In this document: positions 30,414 to 42,088 of the stretch, in pieces
Position numbering within the stretch: the first letter of the stretch is position 1
Layout: each line of letters starts with the position of its first letter
Origin: Anaerohalosphaeraceae bacterium
GTDB taxonomy: Bacteria; Planctomycetota; Phycisphaerae; Sedimentisphaerales; Anaerohalosphaeraceae
Direction of reading: 5' to 3'
DNA: 64,000 nt
Assembly: GCA_963675525.2 (NCBI GenBank)
Contig: CAXXSL010000016.1
Location: 1-64,000, forward strand
The notes under the pieces: generated by a model
What the model was told of the DNA's origin: nothing
The model's input: the letters and a program-made list of their open reading frames with translations, nothing else
Database searches by the model: none
Made by a program: the position numbers and the translations under genes

Positions 30414-32237
30414 ATGGCAGATATTTCGACATATGATGTGGTCGTGGTTGGTGGCGGTCATGCCGGAGCGGAGGCTGCTTGGGCCGCTGCGCATTATGGG
30501 GTGCAGACGCTACTACTGACTATGAGCCGCGACACGATCGCCAAGATGAGCTGCAACCCCGCTATCGGCGGATTGGCTAAGGGGCAGATCGTTCGGGAGA
30601 TCGACGCGATGGGCGGGCTGATGGGCGAGGCCATCGACGCGACGGGTATTCAATTCCGGATGCTGAACCGCTCGAAAGGCCCTGCCGTGCAAAGCCCTCG
30701 CGCACAGGCGGATAAATACCAATACAAGGACTACGTCCGCCAGCGTCTGGAGAATTGCTATAATTTAAAGATCGAAGAAGGAATTGCCGCCGACATCCTG
30801 ACCGAAAACGGTATCGTCAGCGGAATTCGATGTACGGATGGGCGGGAATTTTTTGCCCCGCGGGTGGTGCTGACGACAGGAACATTTCTTCGCGGGATTA
30901 TGCATCTGGGCGAAACGCAATGGGAAGGCGGCCGACTGGATGAACCGGCCAGCAACGAACTGTCCGACAGCCTGCGAAAACTGGGCCTGACCGTCGGCCG
31001 TTTGAAAACCGGCACCCCCGCGCGACTGGACGGGGCCACGGTCGATTACGACAAGGTCGAAGAACAGCCCGGCGACGATGACTCGCGGCCGTTTTCGTTT
31101 TTGAACGACACACTACTCGACCGCCCTGCGGTACCCTGCTGGATCACATGGACGAATGAAAAAATCCATGACCTGCTGCGGGCCAATCTGCATCGGGCCC
31201 CCCTGTACACCGGCCAGATCGAATCGACCGGCCCGCGGTACTGTCCGAGCATCGAAACGAAAATCATGCGGTTTGCGGACAAGACGCGGCACCAGGTGTT
31301 TCTGGAGCCGGAAGATGCGGCCATCTCGACGATCTACTGCAACGGCATCAGCACCTCGTATCCGAAAGATGTGCAGGACGAGATGATTCGCCTTCTGCCG
31401 GGGACGGAAAACGCCCGTATCGTGCATTATGCTTATGCGATTGAGTATGACTACTGCCCGGCGCAGCAGTTGAAAACAAGCCTGGAAACACGCCGCGTTC
31501 CGGGGCTGTTTTTAGCCGGACAGATCAACGGCACCAGCGGCTATGAAGAAGCGGGCGGACAGGGACTGCTGGCGGGACTTAACGCAGCATTGACGCTGGA
31601 TGGCAAGAGTGCGGTTGTGCTGGGCCGGGACGAGGCGTATCTCGGCGTCTTGGTGGATGACCTGCTGACCCGAGAGATTGACGAGCCGTATCGGATGTTT
31701 ACCTCGCGAGCCGAATACCGATTGAGCCTGCGAAGTGATAACGCCGACCGGCGACTGACACCGATCGCCCGTTCCGTCGGGCTAATCGACGAGGTTCGCT
31801 GGAATCGTTTTCAACAAAAACAAGCGGACATGAAAACATTCGAACAATATCTTAAGAATAACAGCAAAGGCGACAAGCGTTTGTGGCTATGCATCAAACA
31901 GCCGGGCTTTTCGTTTGAAGAAGACCTTGCCCGAAACCCACAGGTCAAAGATCTGGGGATATCAAAAGAGGCAATGGAGGCGGTCATCATCGAAGGCAGA
32001 TACGAAGGTTATATTGCCCGGCAGGAAAAACAGATCGCCGCGTTTCGCAAACTGGAGAATATCAAGCTGGCGGAAAATCTGGATTATGAGAATATTCCGC
32101 ATCTGCGGTGTGAAGCCAAAGAGAAATTATTGGCTTTTCGCCCTGCCACATTAGGTCAGGCAACCCGCCTGGGCGGCATCACCCCCGCCGATATTACCGT
32201 CATCCAGATTTATTTAAAAAAAACACCTTCCTTTTAA
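30414..32237 (+). CDS. mnmG: tRNA uridine-5-carboxymethylaminomethyl modification enzyme MnmG/GidA
   Basis: 'GGGHAG', 'MSCNPAIGG', 'GPRYCPSIE', 'AGQINGTSGYEEA', 'YRMFTSRAEYRL'. Confidence 0.98.
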   Translation: MADISTYDVVVVGGGHAGAEAAWAAAHYGVQTLLLTMSRDTIAKMSCNPAIGGLAKGQIVREIDAMGGLMGEAIDATGIQFRMLNRSKGPAVQSPRAQADKYQYKDYVRQRLENCYNLKIEEGIAADILTENGIVSGIRCTDGREFFAPRVVLTTGTFLRGIMHLGETQWEGGRLDEPASNELSDSLRKLGLTVGRLKTGTPARLDGATVDYDKVEEQPGDDDSRPFSFLNDTLLDRPAVPCWITWTNEKIHDLLRANLHRAPLYTGQIESTGPRYCPSIETKIMRFADKTRHQVFLEPEDAAISTIYCNGISTSYPKDVQDEMIRLLPGTENARIVHYAYAIEYDYCPAQQLKTSLETRRVPGLFLAGQINGTSGYEEAGGQGLLAGLNAALTLDGKSAVVLGRDEAYLGVLVDDLLTREIDEPYRMFTSRAEYRLSLRSDNADRRLTPIARSVGLIDEVRWNRFQQKQADMKTFEQYLKNNSKGDKRLWLCIKQPGFSFEEDLARNPQVKDLGISKEAMEAVIIEGRYEGYIARQEKQIAAFRKLENIKLAENLDYENIPHLRCEAKEKLLAFRPATLGQATRLGGITPADITVIQIYLKKTPSF

Positions 32238-32346
32238 GATTTTTTTTGCTGTTTTAAGAATTGGTATGACATATTGCTTTTAGCTCTCAAATGATTACAA
32301 TAATCAATAATATCTTAATTAAGATTTATAAATAAAGGATTCAGCG

Positions 32347-33483
32347 ATGAGCTTGTATACGATTATTAATTATGAATTGATGATCGGCAACCCCCTCTGG
32401 CGGTTCGGAATGGTGCTGCTGGGGATTATGTTGACGATGGTGGCGGGGAAAATCATCCAGTTCTTCTGCCTGCGTTTTATCGAACGCAACCGGCAAAAAC
32501 AGCGGATATTGGTCCTGATAACGATTCTCGAATCACTCATCAAGCCGCTTTATGTCGCTATATTCGCAGTGGGCTTGAATGTCTGCAAGTCGTTTATTGT
32601 TTTTGACAATCCTCAGACCGAAACCGTCGAGGGTCTCCAGCCAAGCATCGAAGCGGGGTGGACCGTCTCGGTTAAGATCGTTCTGGCGTTTGCGATCGGT
32701 TATGCAGTGATGAAGCTGGTAGATGTGCTGGAGATATGGCTGATGAAGGCGGCAGACCGTACGGTGACATCGCTGGACAACATGCTGGTTCCGATTCTCC
32801 GCAAATCGATGCGAATCACGATTGTCCTGATTACGGTGCTTTTCATAATGGACCTCATCTTCGGACTGGAAAATATCAAATCGATCCTGGTCGGTGCCGG
32901 CGTCGGCGGTTTGGCCATTGCCCTGGCCGCCAAAGAAACGATTGCGAATCTGATCGGTTCGATCACCATCTTTGCAGACCGGCCGTTTCAGATTAAGGAT
33001 TTGGTGGAACTCGACGGCTGCCTGGGGCATGTCGAAGACGTGGGTTTTCGCAGCACACGACTGCGCACCTGGGACGGGCACCTGATCACCCTGCCCAATG
33101 ACAAGGTGATTAATTCGACGATTGATAACCTGGGGGCACGTCCGGCGATTCGCCGCAAGAGCGATATCACCATTACCTACGATTCCGGCGCCGAAAAGGC
33201 CGAGCAGGCCGTCACAATCATCAAAGCCATCCTGGCCAATACGCCGGAAGTGGATGCGCATCCGCACCGCATCCCGCGCGTGCATTTTAACGAATTCAAC
33301 AGCGACTCGCTGAATATCATGATGATTTACTGGGTGACACCGCCGGAGTGGTGGCTGTATCATGAGGTGAATGAGAAAGTGAACCTGGAAATTATGCGGC
33401 GATTTCATGAGGCGGGGATCGAGTTTGCCTTCCCGACACAGACATTGTATGTTAAAAAAGATGATGCCCCGGCCAAGATTTGA
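32347..33483 (+). CDS. Small-conductance mechanosensitive channel (MscS family)
   Basis: 'GVGGLAIALAAKETIANL', 'DRPF', 'GFRSTRLRT', 'GIEFAFPT'. Confidence 0.95.
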   Translation: MSLYTIINYELMIGNPLWRFGMVLLGIMLTMVAGKIIQFFCLRFIERNRQKQRILVLITILESLIKPLYVAIFAVGLNVCKSFIVFDNPQTETVEGLQPSIEAGWTVSVKIVLAFAIGYAVMKLVDVLEIWLMKAADRTVTSLDNMLVPILRKSMRITIVLITVLFIMDLIFGLENIKSILVGAGVGGLAIALAAKETIANLIGSITIFADRPFQIKDLVELDGCLGHVEDVGFRSTRLRTWDGHLITLPNDKVINSTIDNLGARPAIRRKSDITITYDSGAEKAEQAVTIIKAILANTPEVDAHPHRIPRVHFNEFNSDSLNIMMIYWVTPPEWWLYHEVNEKVNLEIMRRFHEAGIEFAFPTQTLYVKKDDAPAKI

Positions 33484-33545
33484 TTTTTGTTGTTGACACC
33501 AAGCCGGCAAAACGCCTTTCATATAGTGCAAAGGAGTACCTGAAT

Positions 33546-34340
33546 ATGAAACGATTGAAAACATGCTGTTTAGGTCTGATAGGGATAATCATTGTTTTGT
33601 CTGCGGCCTGTACCGCATCGAAACAAATCAGCAAACCCGAATGGATCGATCTGTTCAACGGCAAAAACCTGGACGGCTGGACAGTCAAGATCGCAGGCTA
33701 TGACGCCGGCGACAATTACAAAAATACCTATCGCGTCGAAGACGGCATCCTGAAAGTCTGCTATGACGAATATGAAAAATTTGACGGCGAATTCGGTAAC
33801 CTGTTCTATCTTTTGCCTTTCTCGAATTATGTCCTGCGCATGGAGTATCGCTTCACGGGACAGCAGGTTCCCGGCGGGCCGGGGTGGGCATTTCGCAACA
33901 GCGGCGTCATGATCCACAGCCAAAGCCCCGAAAGCATGGGCAAAAGCCAAAACTTCCCGGTTTCGATCGAGGTCCAGATGCTGGGCGGTGACGGCGAAAA
34001 GCCACGCTCGACCGGCAACTTGTGTACGCCCGGCACGAATGTCGTCATAGACGGAACACTGCGCACCGAACACTGCATTTCCTCGACCTCTGAAACCTAT
34101 CACGGTGACCAGTGGGTCACGCTGGAGATTGCGGTTCGCGGCAATCGGCAGATCAAGCATATCGTCAACGGTCAGACGGTCATTACCTATTCGCAGCCTC
34201 AGCTCGATCCGAAAGACGAAGATGCCAAAAAACTGATCAAAGACGGCAAACTGCTTTTGAGCGAGGGGTATATCGCCCTGCAGGCCGAGAGCCACCCGGT
34301 CGAATTTCGCAAGGTTCAGTTACGACTTTTGGAAAATTAA
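33546..34340 (+). CDS. DUF1080 family (3-keto-disaccharide hydrolase-like) lipoprotein
   Basis: 'LFNGKNLDGW', 'NSG', 'GYIALQAE', 'FRKV'; AAGGAG before ATG 33546. Confidence 0.9.
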   Translation: MKRLKTCCLGLIGIIIVLSAACTASKQISKPEWIDLFNGKNLDGWTVKIAGYDAGDNYKNTYRVEDGILKVCYDEYEKFDGEFGNLFYLLPFSNYVLRMEYRFTGQQVPGGPGWAFRNSGVMIHSQSPESMGKSQNFPVSIEVQMLGGDGEKPRSTGNLCTPGTNVVIDGTLRTEHCISSTSETYHGDQWVTLEIAVRGNRQIKHIVNGQTVITYSQPQLDPKDEDAKKLIKDGKLLLSEGYIALQAESHPVEFRKVQLRLLEN

Positions 34341-34428
34341 GCTTTATCTTGAAATGCAATACGCGTAAAATTCGACCAATACAATATTGAACAGTGAACT
34401 GCGGACATGTAATAATCTTGTTTAATCA

Positions 34429-35635
34429 ATGAAAACATCCAAAGTGAATCGAGTCTTTATCAGCGCGCTGGAGCACAGCGCTGAGATGCACTGCGCTAAT
34501 CTGATGCAGGCGGTCGCGGATAAACAGGTTGCGTCCAGTGAGGTCTGGCGGGGGGCAGGAGCATGTTCGTGTTGAGTCGCTTGAACCATCCGTCGAATGG
34601 GTTGGCTTTGGCGGTGAGCGTATGGCCCAGTTAGACTGTCAACTGCTGGACAACCCCGTCAAGCGGGCGGCGATGACCTACAATGTCCTCGGCCAGCTTG
34701 GATACTACCGGCAACTCATCAAGCAGGCTAATCATTACTTTCAGCAGAATAAAGTAGATTTAGTGATCGTCTGCGATTCGCCGGCGTTTAATTTTCATAT
34801 CGCCAAAGCCGCCAAAAAGCACGGGGTTCCCGTGTTGTTCTATGTGGCCCCGCAATTGTGGGCGTGGGCGCCATGGCGTATTCATAAACTCCGGCGGTGC
34901 TGCGATAAACTGGCTTGCATTCTGCCGTTTGAAAAAGACTGGTTTGGGGCGCGCGGGATCGATGCCGAATTTGTCTCCAATCCGCTGTTCGACGAGATCA
35001 ATATTGACCTGCAGCACAATTTCAAACCGTATACCAGCTATGACCCGACAGCGCCGAAAGTCGCCCTGTTGCCGGGATCACGGGATGCAGAGATTAACAC
35101 GCTTTGGCCGGCAATGCTGGACATTGCCGCCGAACTCAAACAAAAGCATCCCGGCGTTGTCTTTACCGCCTGCGCCCCAGACGAAGAAAAGTCAGCCATG
35201 CTGAAAGACATCGCCGAAGATTATACGAACAGTGAAATTGAAATTAATTATGAAATCAATACACTGATCGAGTTGACAAAACTGGCAGATCTGGCACTTG
35301 TCGCCAGCGGCAGCGCCACCCTGCAGGTCGCGGCAGCAGGATGCCCAATGGTGGTGATGTATCAAAGCAACCGCTGGATGTGGCATCTGGTGGGACGCTG
35401 GCTGATTCGCACACGGTTTTTATCCTTGCCAAACATTTTGGCCAGTCGTCAACTCGTGCCGGAATTTATGCCCTACTTCACAAACCTTGAGCCCATCATC
35501 AAAGAGACCGAGTCATTGCTGTGCAACGCTTCAAAACTATCACAAACCAGTGGAGCCCTGATCGACCTGGTTCGTCCGCTTACTGCTCGCCGCGCCTGTG
35601 ACGCCGTTGCGAAAATCGTGCTCGGGATGCTGTGA
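34429..35635 (+). CDS. lpxB: Lipid-A-disaccharide synthase, +1 frameshift in a G6 run
   Basis: N-terminus 'RVFISALEHSAEMHCANL' from ATG 34429 joins ORF 34529..35635 ('DSPAFN','YVAPQLWAW','ILPFE','LLPGSR','ASGSATL','SLPNIL') if one G is removed at 34550-34555. Confidence 0.9.
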
Positions 35636-35704
35636 ATCTCAATCCTTGTTCCGATGCTCATGCAAATGCAGTTTTACATCGAATCGGATTTTCAGGATAC
35701 ATTG

Positions 35705-38700
35705 TTAATCACCCCAAACATTGGCAAAAACAGCAAAATCCAGGAAGTTGACAATATCGCCCTCGTCCTTGTAGAAATCACCCGGAACATCCGGTCCGGT
35801 CTCGAGCCAATGATCAGACATGATCGCGAAATCACCAAGACCGATTGAGCCATTGCAATCAAGGTCATAGAAATTTGTCGCGATATACCCCTGATCGATC
35901 TCATCGCCAAGAACAGCCGTATAGGTTATTATATTGGGGTCAAACGTATAATTTTTCTTTGTGGGCGTCACCATCCCGGACCAGTTGTAGCCAACCCAGA
36001 CTTCATAGTATCCGTTTGGATCCGTCATATCTGAGCCGCCGCCATTGTTTGTATCGACCAGTACCCCTTGTATTGGCAATTCACAGGGATTTTCAATATA
36101 ACCTGTAATGGTATACGTCAACAAGGTACCCACATAATCCTGAACTTCTGCTGCATCCTCAATAACATTCGCATAGGTAATACCATTCGGCTCAAAAACG
36201 TAAGCGTATTTGGACGGCACAACATTACCCGAAAAATTATAGTCGACCAGCACCTCATAAAAGCCGTTGGCATCTGTTATGTCCGAGCCGCCGTAGTATT
36301 TAGCTGTGAACGGACCTCCATTGTCGTCCGGTGATACAATACACCCTCCAGTGGTGTAAGCATCTCGGAATCAACAGCATAGCCGGAAATAATAAACGTA
36401 TTCAGTACCGCGGTGTAGCCATCATTCGGATCGTCAGCAACAGTATCATACACTATACTGTTAGGCTCAAATGTATAACCTGTCTTGGATGGAGTTACAA
36501 TCCCGGACCAACCGTAATCGACAATGAGCTCATAGAAGCCATTGGGATCGGTCACGGTATTTGGTTCACTGTCACTTCCAAGAAGCACATCTGCAACGGG
36601 ACTATTGGGGTCCGGTTCAGTAATAAAGCCGAAATAACCACTTGGTTTATCGCAAAGCCGGCTACTACGTTTATATTAGCCGTGACGTTTAAATCTGTAC
36701 GCGGATTGTCGGTCGAGGCATCGGACCAGTCCACGAAGTGGTAACCCGTATCCGGCACTGCTGTTACGGCAGTTCCATTGCTGTTGTAGTCAACCACCTG
36801 CGAGGTGTCGCCGGTAAGACTTCCACCCGACCCGGCCGCATAATCAAGTGTAAAGGTGTCGACGGCAAAGTTAGCGATGACACTTATATTTGTCATTACG
36901 TTCGGATCGGTACGCGGGTTGTCGATCGAAGCATCGGACCAGTCCACGAAGTGGTAACCCGTATCCGGCACTGCCGTTACCGCAGTTCCATTGCTGTTGT
37001 AGTCAACCACCTGCGAGGTGTCGCCGGTAAGACTTCCACCCGACCCGGCCGCATAATCAAGTGTAAAGGTATCGATCGCAAAGTTGGCCCGCAATGTATA
37101 ATCACCATCCATTGTAACAGTCGTGCCGGCAAGATTTGGATCAGCGACTTTGCCCGCAGTCACACTTGTACCCGTCCAATCAACAAAATGGTAGTGCAAG
37201 TCCGGTATCGCATTGACATCAACTACAACTGCCGGACTGTACTGGAATGTTCCTTCGCCGGGTGTGCTTACAAAGCCGCCCGAAGTCGATGACACTGTTA
37301 ACGTACGCGGGGGCATAGCCAAAACATTGCCCTTAATTTCCACATCGTCAATATTCCAGCCGGAGTATTTCCATGATGAATCCGTCGGCCCAATACCCCA
37401 GCGAATATACACGGTCGCCTGATTATCCGCAATCGCAGAAATATCGATTTCCTGCAAGCTCCAGGCGGAATCCTGGATATGGCTATCGGGATTTTGCCAC
37501 ACCGTCGTCCAATTGGTTCCGTTGTTCGAAACCGCGATATAAGCATGGTCATACGTCGAGCGTTCAACGTTTAGCCACCGGTAGAAACGCAGCATTACAT
37601 TTGTCGTGTTGTTACAGTTTATCGCAGGCGTTGTTGCCCAGAGGGTGGAACCAATATTATCGACGTAATCGCCAGCCAGATTGTAGCCAACAACGTTGGC
37701 ATTTGTATAGCCGGAGGTTGGATCGGGTTCTCCGTATTCGCCGCCGGAACCTTGGGGAACACCCCATTGCCAATCGCCTTGATACGTCCAGTTGGGGTTC
37801 GTGTCCATCGTGGCGGAATAAATCACTTGCGGCGGCATCTGGACATTGATCGAAACCACAGCCGTATTGGAGTCGCCGCCGTCCGGCACGGTGCCGCCGT
37901 CATTGGTTTTAAATTGAAAACTGTCCGGGCCGGTATATTCAGAATCAGGCGTATAGACCGCCTGATTACCGTTATTAAGCAGCGTATATGGAACACTGCT
38001 GATCTGTCCTCCAAAAAGATCGCTCAAAACCCCATGGCCCGGAAGTAACGTAATGATGTAGCTCAACATCCCCGGCGGGTCGGGCAGTCCCTCATCGGTC
38101 GCATCCAGTGTCACGGTAACCGGTGTATCCGGCGATGTTGTTTCGCTCACATCAGTCGCAACCGGAGGAGTTGGAGGCTGACCGAATGTAAAACTCATCG
38201 TCGCACCGGCCGCTGAAATGCTGTGGATCTGATTATTATTGACGATGATGGTTCCATTTTGATAGGCGTCCGTATTGGGGTGGTTTCCCGGACCCGGACC
38301 GATGGATGAGATTCCCCCGCCACGATAAACATCATACCGGTCGCCGCGGTTTTGATTTTTTTCCAGGTTATAGTTTCCATCCGCCTGCAAAACAGCAACC
38401 CGATAGTGGTTTCCGTTTTCCGGCCAGCCGGCCTGTCCGGGATAGCCCTCGGTATAATAGTCTGCCTGGTCATCAATATGATAAACGCACAGTCCGCCCT
38501 GGGGAATCGCGGTTTCGATGCCGGCAGGCTGACGATTTTCGATCAGCATGTATTCACCGGAAGGGTATCCGTTATCAACACGATAGACCTGAGGGTTCGT
38601 TTCGACTTGATCGATCGTATAAATGCCGGGAGCATTGATCACCGTCGGTGTCACCCAGCCTAAGAATATCTTGCTCCACACACAGAAATGCGGCGGATGC

Positions 38701-39872
38701 AGCTGCGTGTTGTCGAATCCCCACGAGTTGGCCATCATCCCCCATGACCCGATGCCCTCGCCGGATTGATCCGTATCATACAAGTCCGGCAAGCCAAAGA
38801 AATGACCGGTCTCATGGGCGATCACCCCGAAGCGGACAATACTGGTTCCGCTGGTTCCCCACAACGCCGGTTCGGTATGATAGTTTTTTACTTTGACGCC
38901 TTCACTGCTTGTCCAATAGGGAAAAGGAACGGACCATCGATGTGACCATATCCAGTCTCCTCCGCCGCCGCCGGTTTCGGCACCATAGCCTGAGTGAATA
39001 ATGTCGATCGCATCAATATAACCGTCACCATCATCATCAAGCTGTGAAAAATCGACTAACGGATCGACCAGATACAGGGCGTCTTCAACCATCTTCTGAG
39101 CATTTAACGGGTATGTCCCTGTTCCGTCCTTACCGTTAGCATAATACGCCTCGGTGTTGGGAAGTATCACCCAGCCAACAACGGTACTTTGCAGCATCAT
39201 CTGGCCGTAGGAATTCTCCAGGTAAAGGTCCTTTACACTGCCGGTCGGTGCCAGTGCCGGATCGCCGCCTATCTGGTTGAACAAAATGTCGTAATCGTTC
39301 GGGTCACGTGTATGAACACCCAGCGTATGGTCGCTGAACATACAGAGGATGACAAGATTCTTAACAGTGCCGGAAGGTGGAACCGCTTGGGGAGCAGTCG
39401 CTTCACTTGTTCCGTCCAGAAGCTGCGGCTTCATCGCACGGCGAACACTGACTGGCGGCCGGATGCGTTTTTGTAATCCCCCGACTTCAGGATCGTCCCG
39501 CCCCACCGTTAACGGCGTTGGAACCAAACGATTGTTTTGATTCAATTGAGCATACGCATAGCGACCTTTGTCCCGCACAACAGTATAGCCGCGGGTATCT
39601 TCATACCAGTGAAACCACTCATCACCGCGAATATGAAGCCGGATCGCTCTGCCGTCAGGTTGCACCGAGTCAAATGCCCCAGGATCAGCAGGCATGGAAA
39701 AGAGGCATTGGTTGATCAGTAGAAAACCCGTCAAAAACAGAAGGAATCCCCCACTTTGACCAGCTTTTTTTATATGCAAACTCACCGCTCTGTCTGTAAT
39801 AGCCATAAGTACCCTGCCACTGACCCGATACTGACAATGATATGCAACTAAGCATCCCTCATATACTACCAC
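35705..39872 (-). CDS. Large secreted M6-family (immune inhibitor A) metalloprotease with Ig-like/InlB-B-type repeats and dockerin-like tail; two frameshifts near the 3' end
   Basis: 'QPDG...RGDE' propeptide, 'AHETGHFFGLPDLYD', 'ENRQ'; ORFs 36277..36588 and 35705..36253 continue the 'TDPNG.YE..VDY.WSG' repeats and end in 'DLDCNGSIGLGDFAIMSDHWL'. Confidence 0.88.
36697..37085. repeat. Near-identical intragenic tandem repeat, 213-bp period (71 aa)
   Basis: 36697-36872 recurs at 36910-37085 ('DTFTLDYAAGSGGSLTGDTSQVVDYNSNGTAVTAVPDTGYHFVDWSDAS'). Confidence 0.95.
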
Positions 39873-39949
39873 CTTAGCCCATAAATAAAAAGTAAAACTT
39901 GTCTTATTGTTAATAATCGATCTGATTTATCTTGTTTTTGCGGGATATC

Positions 39950-39983
39950 AAAAAAGACCGATGGTCCTGAAACCATCGGCCTT
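39950..39983 (-). terminator. Terminator of tig
   Basis: GGCCGATGGT...ACCATCGGTC followed by a T-run on the minus strand. Confidence 0.88.
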
Positions 39984-40011
39984 GCATTGCCATCTTTACG
40001 GTAGGTTAATC

Positions 40012-41526
40012 CTATTTCTTCTTCGATGCTTTCTTCTCGGTCACTTTTTTAGTCCGCTTGGCTTCGGTTTTCTTGCGATCCTCTTTGGCGTCATTGTCAG
40101 TTTTATCGCCTTCTTTTTTCTTGGTTGTTTTCTTGGTCGTTTTCTTTGCCGCCGCTTTCTTTGCAGGTTTTTCTGTTACGGCGTCAACATCTTTGATGGT
40201 CGCTTTTTCGAGAATCTTCTCGATGCACTTTTCTTCGCGGATCTGCAGGGTCATCTGTGCCAGCGAGCCGTCGCGTGCCAGTTCTTCCCGCATCTTTTCA
40301 GGCCGGCGTCCGCGCATCGCCGCGGCGTAAGCAATCTGACCGTTGATCTCCTCTTCGGTCACTTCAACCTCGAACTTATCGGCAAGTTTGTCCATGATGA
40401 AATACATCTTGAGCTGTTCGGCGGCTTGTTCCTCAGAGCTTGCCTTAAGCTGGTCCATTTGTTCATCGACCTGTTCCTTGGCCATGCCCTGCATGAGCAT
40501 GTTGGTATACTGACGCTGCAGGATGGAAACGGATTGATCGGCCACGATATCGCTCGGCAGGTCAAAGTCGATTTTATCGCGCAGATATTCGTGAACCTGA
40601 CGGCCCATGGCGGCGCGGGCCTGTTGTTCGGCCTGGGCACTGATTTGTTCGCTAATCTTATCATGCAGATCCTTTTCGTCTTCGACACCAAGACGCTTAA
40701 AGAAATCGTCGTTCATTTCAGCCGGTTCCAGGGTCTTGACTTCCTTAACCTCAATGGTCAGGTCGATCTTTTTTCCGCGGAGCTCTTCTTTATAAAAGGT
40801 TTCCGGAATCTCGACGGTGGTTTTCTTCTCATCGCCGTGCTTGGCGCCCTTGAGCAGTTTGTCGAGGGATTCAACCGGCACGCCTGCGACAAAACCGGTC
40901 TTGCGAACAGAAATCTCGATATTTTCACGTTTATCGTGATCCGCGGCACCCTCGGTTACGAGGACGACATCTGCAACAATTTGGTCATCTTCTGCCGCCC
41001 CGCCTTTTTCCTTGGGCGTCCAGACGCCGGCACGTTTACGCAAAGCGTTGACTTCCTCGTCCACCCGCTCATCGGTAACTTCGATCTTCGGCTTTTCGAT
41101 CTTAATGCCTTCCAGATCGGGCAGCTCAAATTCCGGCCGGACTTCCACCTCAAATTCGACTTTCATCGGGCCTTCCTCCGGCAGTTCGATCTTTTCGTGA
41201 TCGATGTCCGGCTCGCCCAGTGTATTGATCTCATTATCCTTGATGGCTTCGTCACTGGCCGCCACCAAAAGTTCCAGTTTGACCTGTTTGCCGACATCGG
41301 TGCCGAATCGTTTTTCCAGAAGGCGGATTGGAGCCCGGCCTTTACGGAAACCCGGTATTTCAGCATCTCGTCGTAATTCCTGGTACTTTTCGTCCAGTTT
41401 TGCGTGGATGGCCTCAGCAGGAATCTCGATCTCGATCTTCTTTTTGCAGGGACCGGCATCGGTGATCGTTACGACATTCTTGATTGCTTCTTTCGTTTCT
41501 TCGGTTTTTTCTTTCTTCCCAGCCAT
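40012..41526 (-). CDS. tig: Trigger factor
   Basis: 'IPGFRKGRAP' ribosome-binding motif, FKBP-like middle, Lys-rich tail. Confidence 0.97.
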   Translation of the reverse strand: MAGKKEKTEETKEAIKNVVTITDAGPCKKKIEIEIPAEAIHAKLDEKYQELRRDAEIPGFRKGRAPIRLLEKRFGTDVGKQVKLELLVAASDEAIKDNEINTLGEPDIDHEKIELPEEGPMKVEFEVEVRPEFELPDLEGIKIEKPKIEVTDERVDEEVNALRKRAGVWTPKEKGGAAEDDQIVADVVLVTEGAADHDKRENIEISVRKTGFVAGVPVESLDKLLKGAKHGDEKKTTVEIPETFYKEELRGKKIDLTIEVKEVKTLEPAEMNDDFFKRLGVEDEKDLHDKISEQISAQAEQQARAAMGRQVHEYLRDKIDFDLPSDIVADQSVSILQRQYTNMLMQGMAKEQVDEQMDQLKASSEEQAAEQLKMYFIMDKLADKFEVEVTEEEINGQIAYAAAMRGRRPEKMREELARDGSLAQMTLQIREEKCIEKILEKATIKDVDAVTEKPAKKAAAKKTTKKTTKKKEGDKTDNDAKEDRKKTEAKRTKKVTEKKASKKK

Positions 41527-41790
41527 CGCTGAACTCCTAATTATTTGAAAATTAATGATTTATGGCAATAAAAAAGGCCGACGGATCCAATCGCGACGAC
41601 CACAAGCATCCAAAAACCCGTTTCGGGCTTTCCAAACGCTTATGCGACCCACGCCAGACTATTTAGCCGATATCTCGCAAAAGCTATGTCAATGATCAAC
41701 ATATAAACAATATTATCAGGGCGGCTCCTGAGAAAGCAAACATATACAGCCGCCTATTCGCCTTTCCAGGAGCGATTTTTCCCTCCGGAA

Positions 41791-41862
41791 AGCGGGTGAT
41801 GAGATTCGAACCCACGACATTCACGTTGGCAACGTGACGCTCTACCACTGAGCTACACCCGC
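41791..41862 (-). tRNA. tRNA-Gly (GCC)
   Basis: GCGGGTG/CACCCGC acceptor, TCACG-TT-GCC-AA-CGTGA arm, GTTCGAATC; CCA not encoded. Confidence 0.96.
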
Positions 41863-41874
41863 GAAAAGAGCATT

Positions 41875-41902
41875 AATATACATACTTTTAATCCGATTTC
41901 AA
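41875..41902 (-). promoter_or_regulatory. Sigma-70 promoter of tRNA-Gly/tig
   Basis: TTGAAA-N16-TATATT on the minus strand. Confidence 0.6.
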
Positions 41903-42088
41903 GCACCAATCAAGCAAAATTTAACGATTTTTATACCTTCATACCAATGCGGCCGTTGGACCCGCACCTTTATCTACGGCCCCGGCATCGATGAGCCAGC
42001 CTGTATAGTTATCTTGACAGACGCCAACTGGGACATATCCTCTACTATTCAGGTGGAGTTTATCCCCCCGAAAACTTCAGGTAGTTCA

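Noticed and set aside
32533..34295. 343-aa and 241-aa minus-strand ORFs
   Set aside because: Antisense to the well-supported MscS and DUF1080 genes.
36697..37085. Possible DGR template/variable repeat or CRISPR
   Set aside because: In-frame tandem domain duplication; differences are not adenine-specific, and there is no reverse transcriptase, cas gene or spacer pattern.
39907..41376. 489-aa plus-strand ORF
   Set aside because: Antisense shadow of tig with no recognisable motifs.
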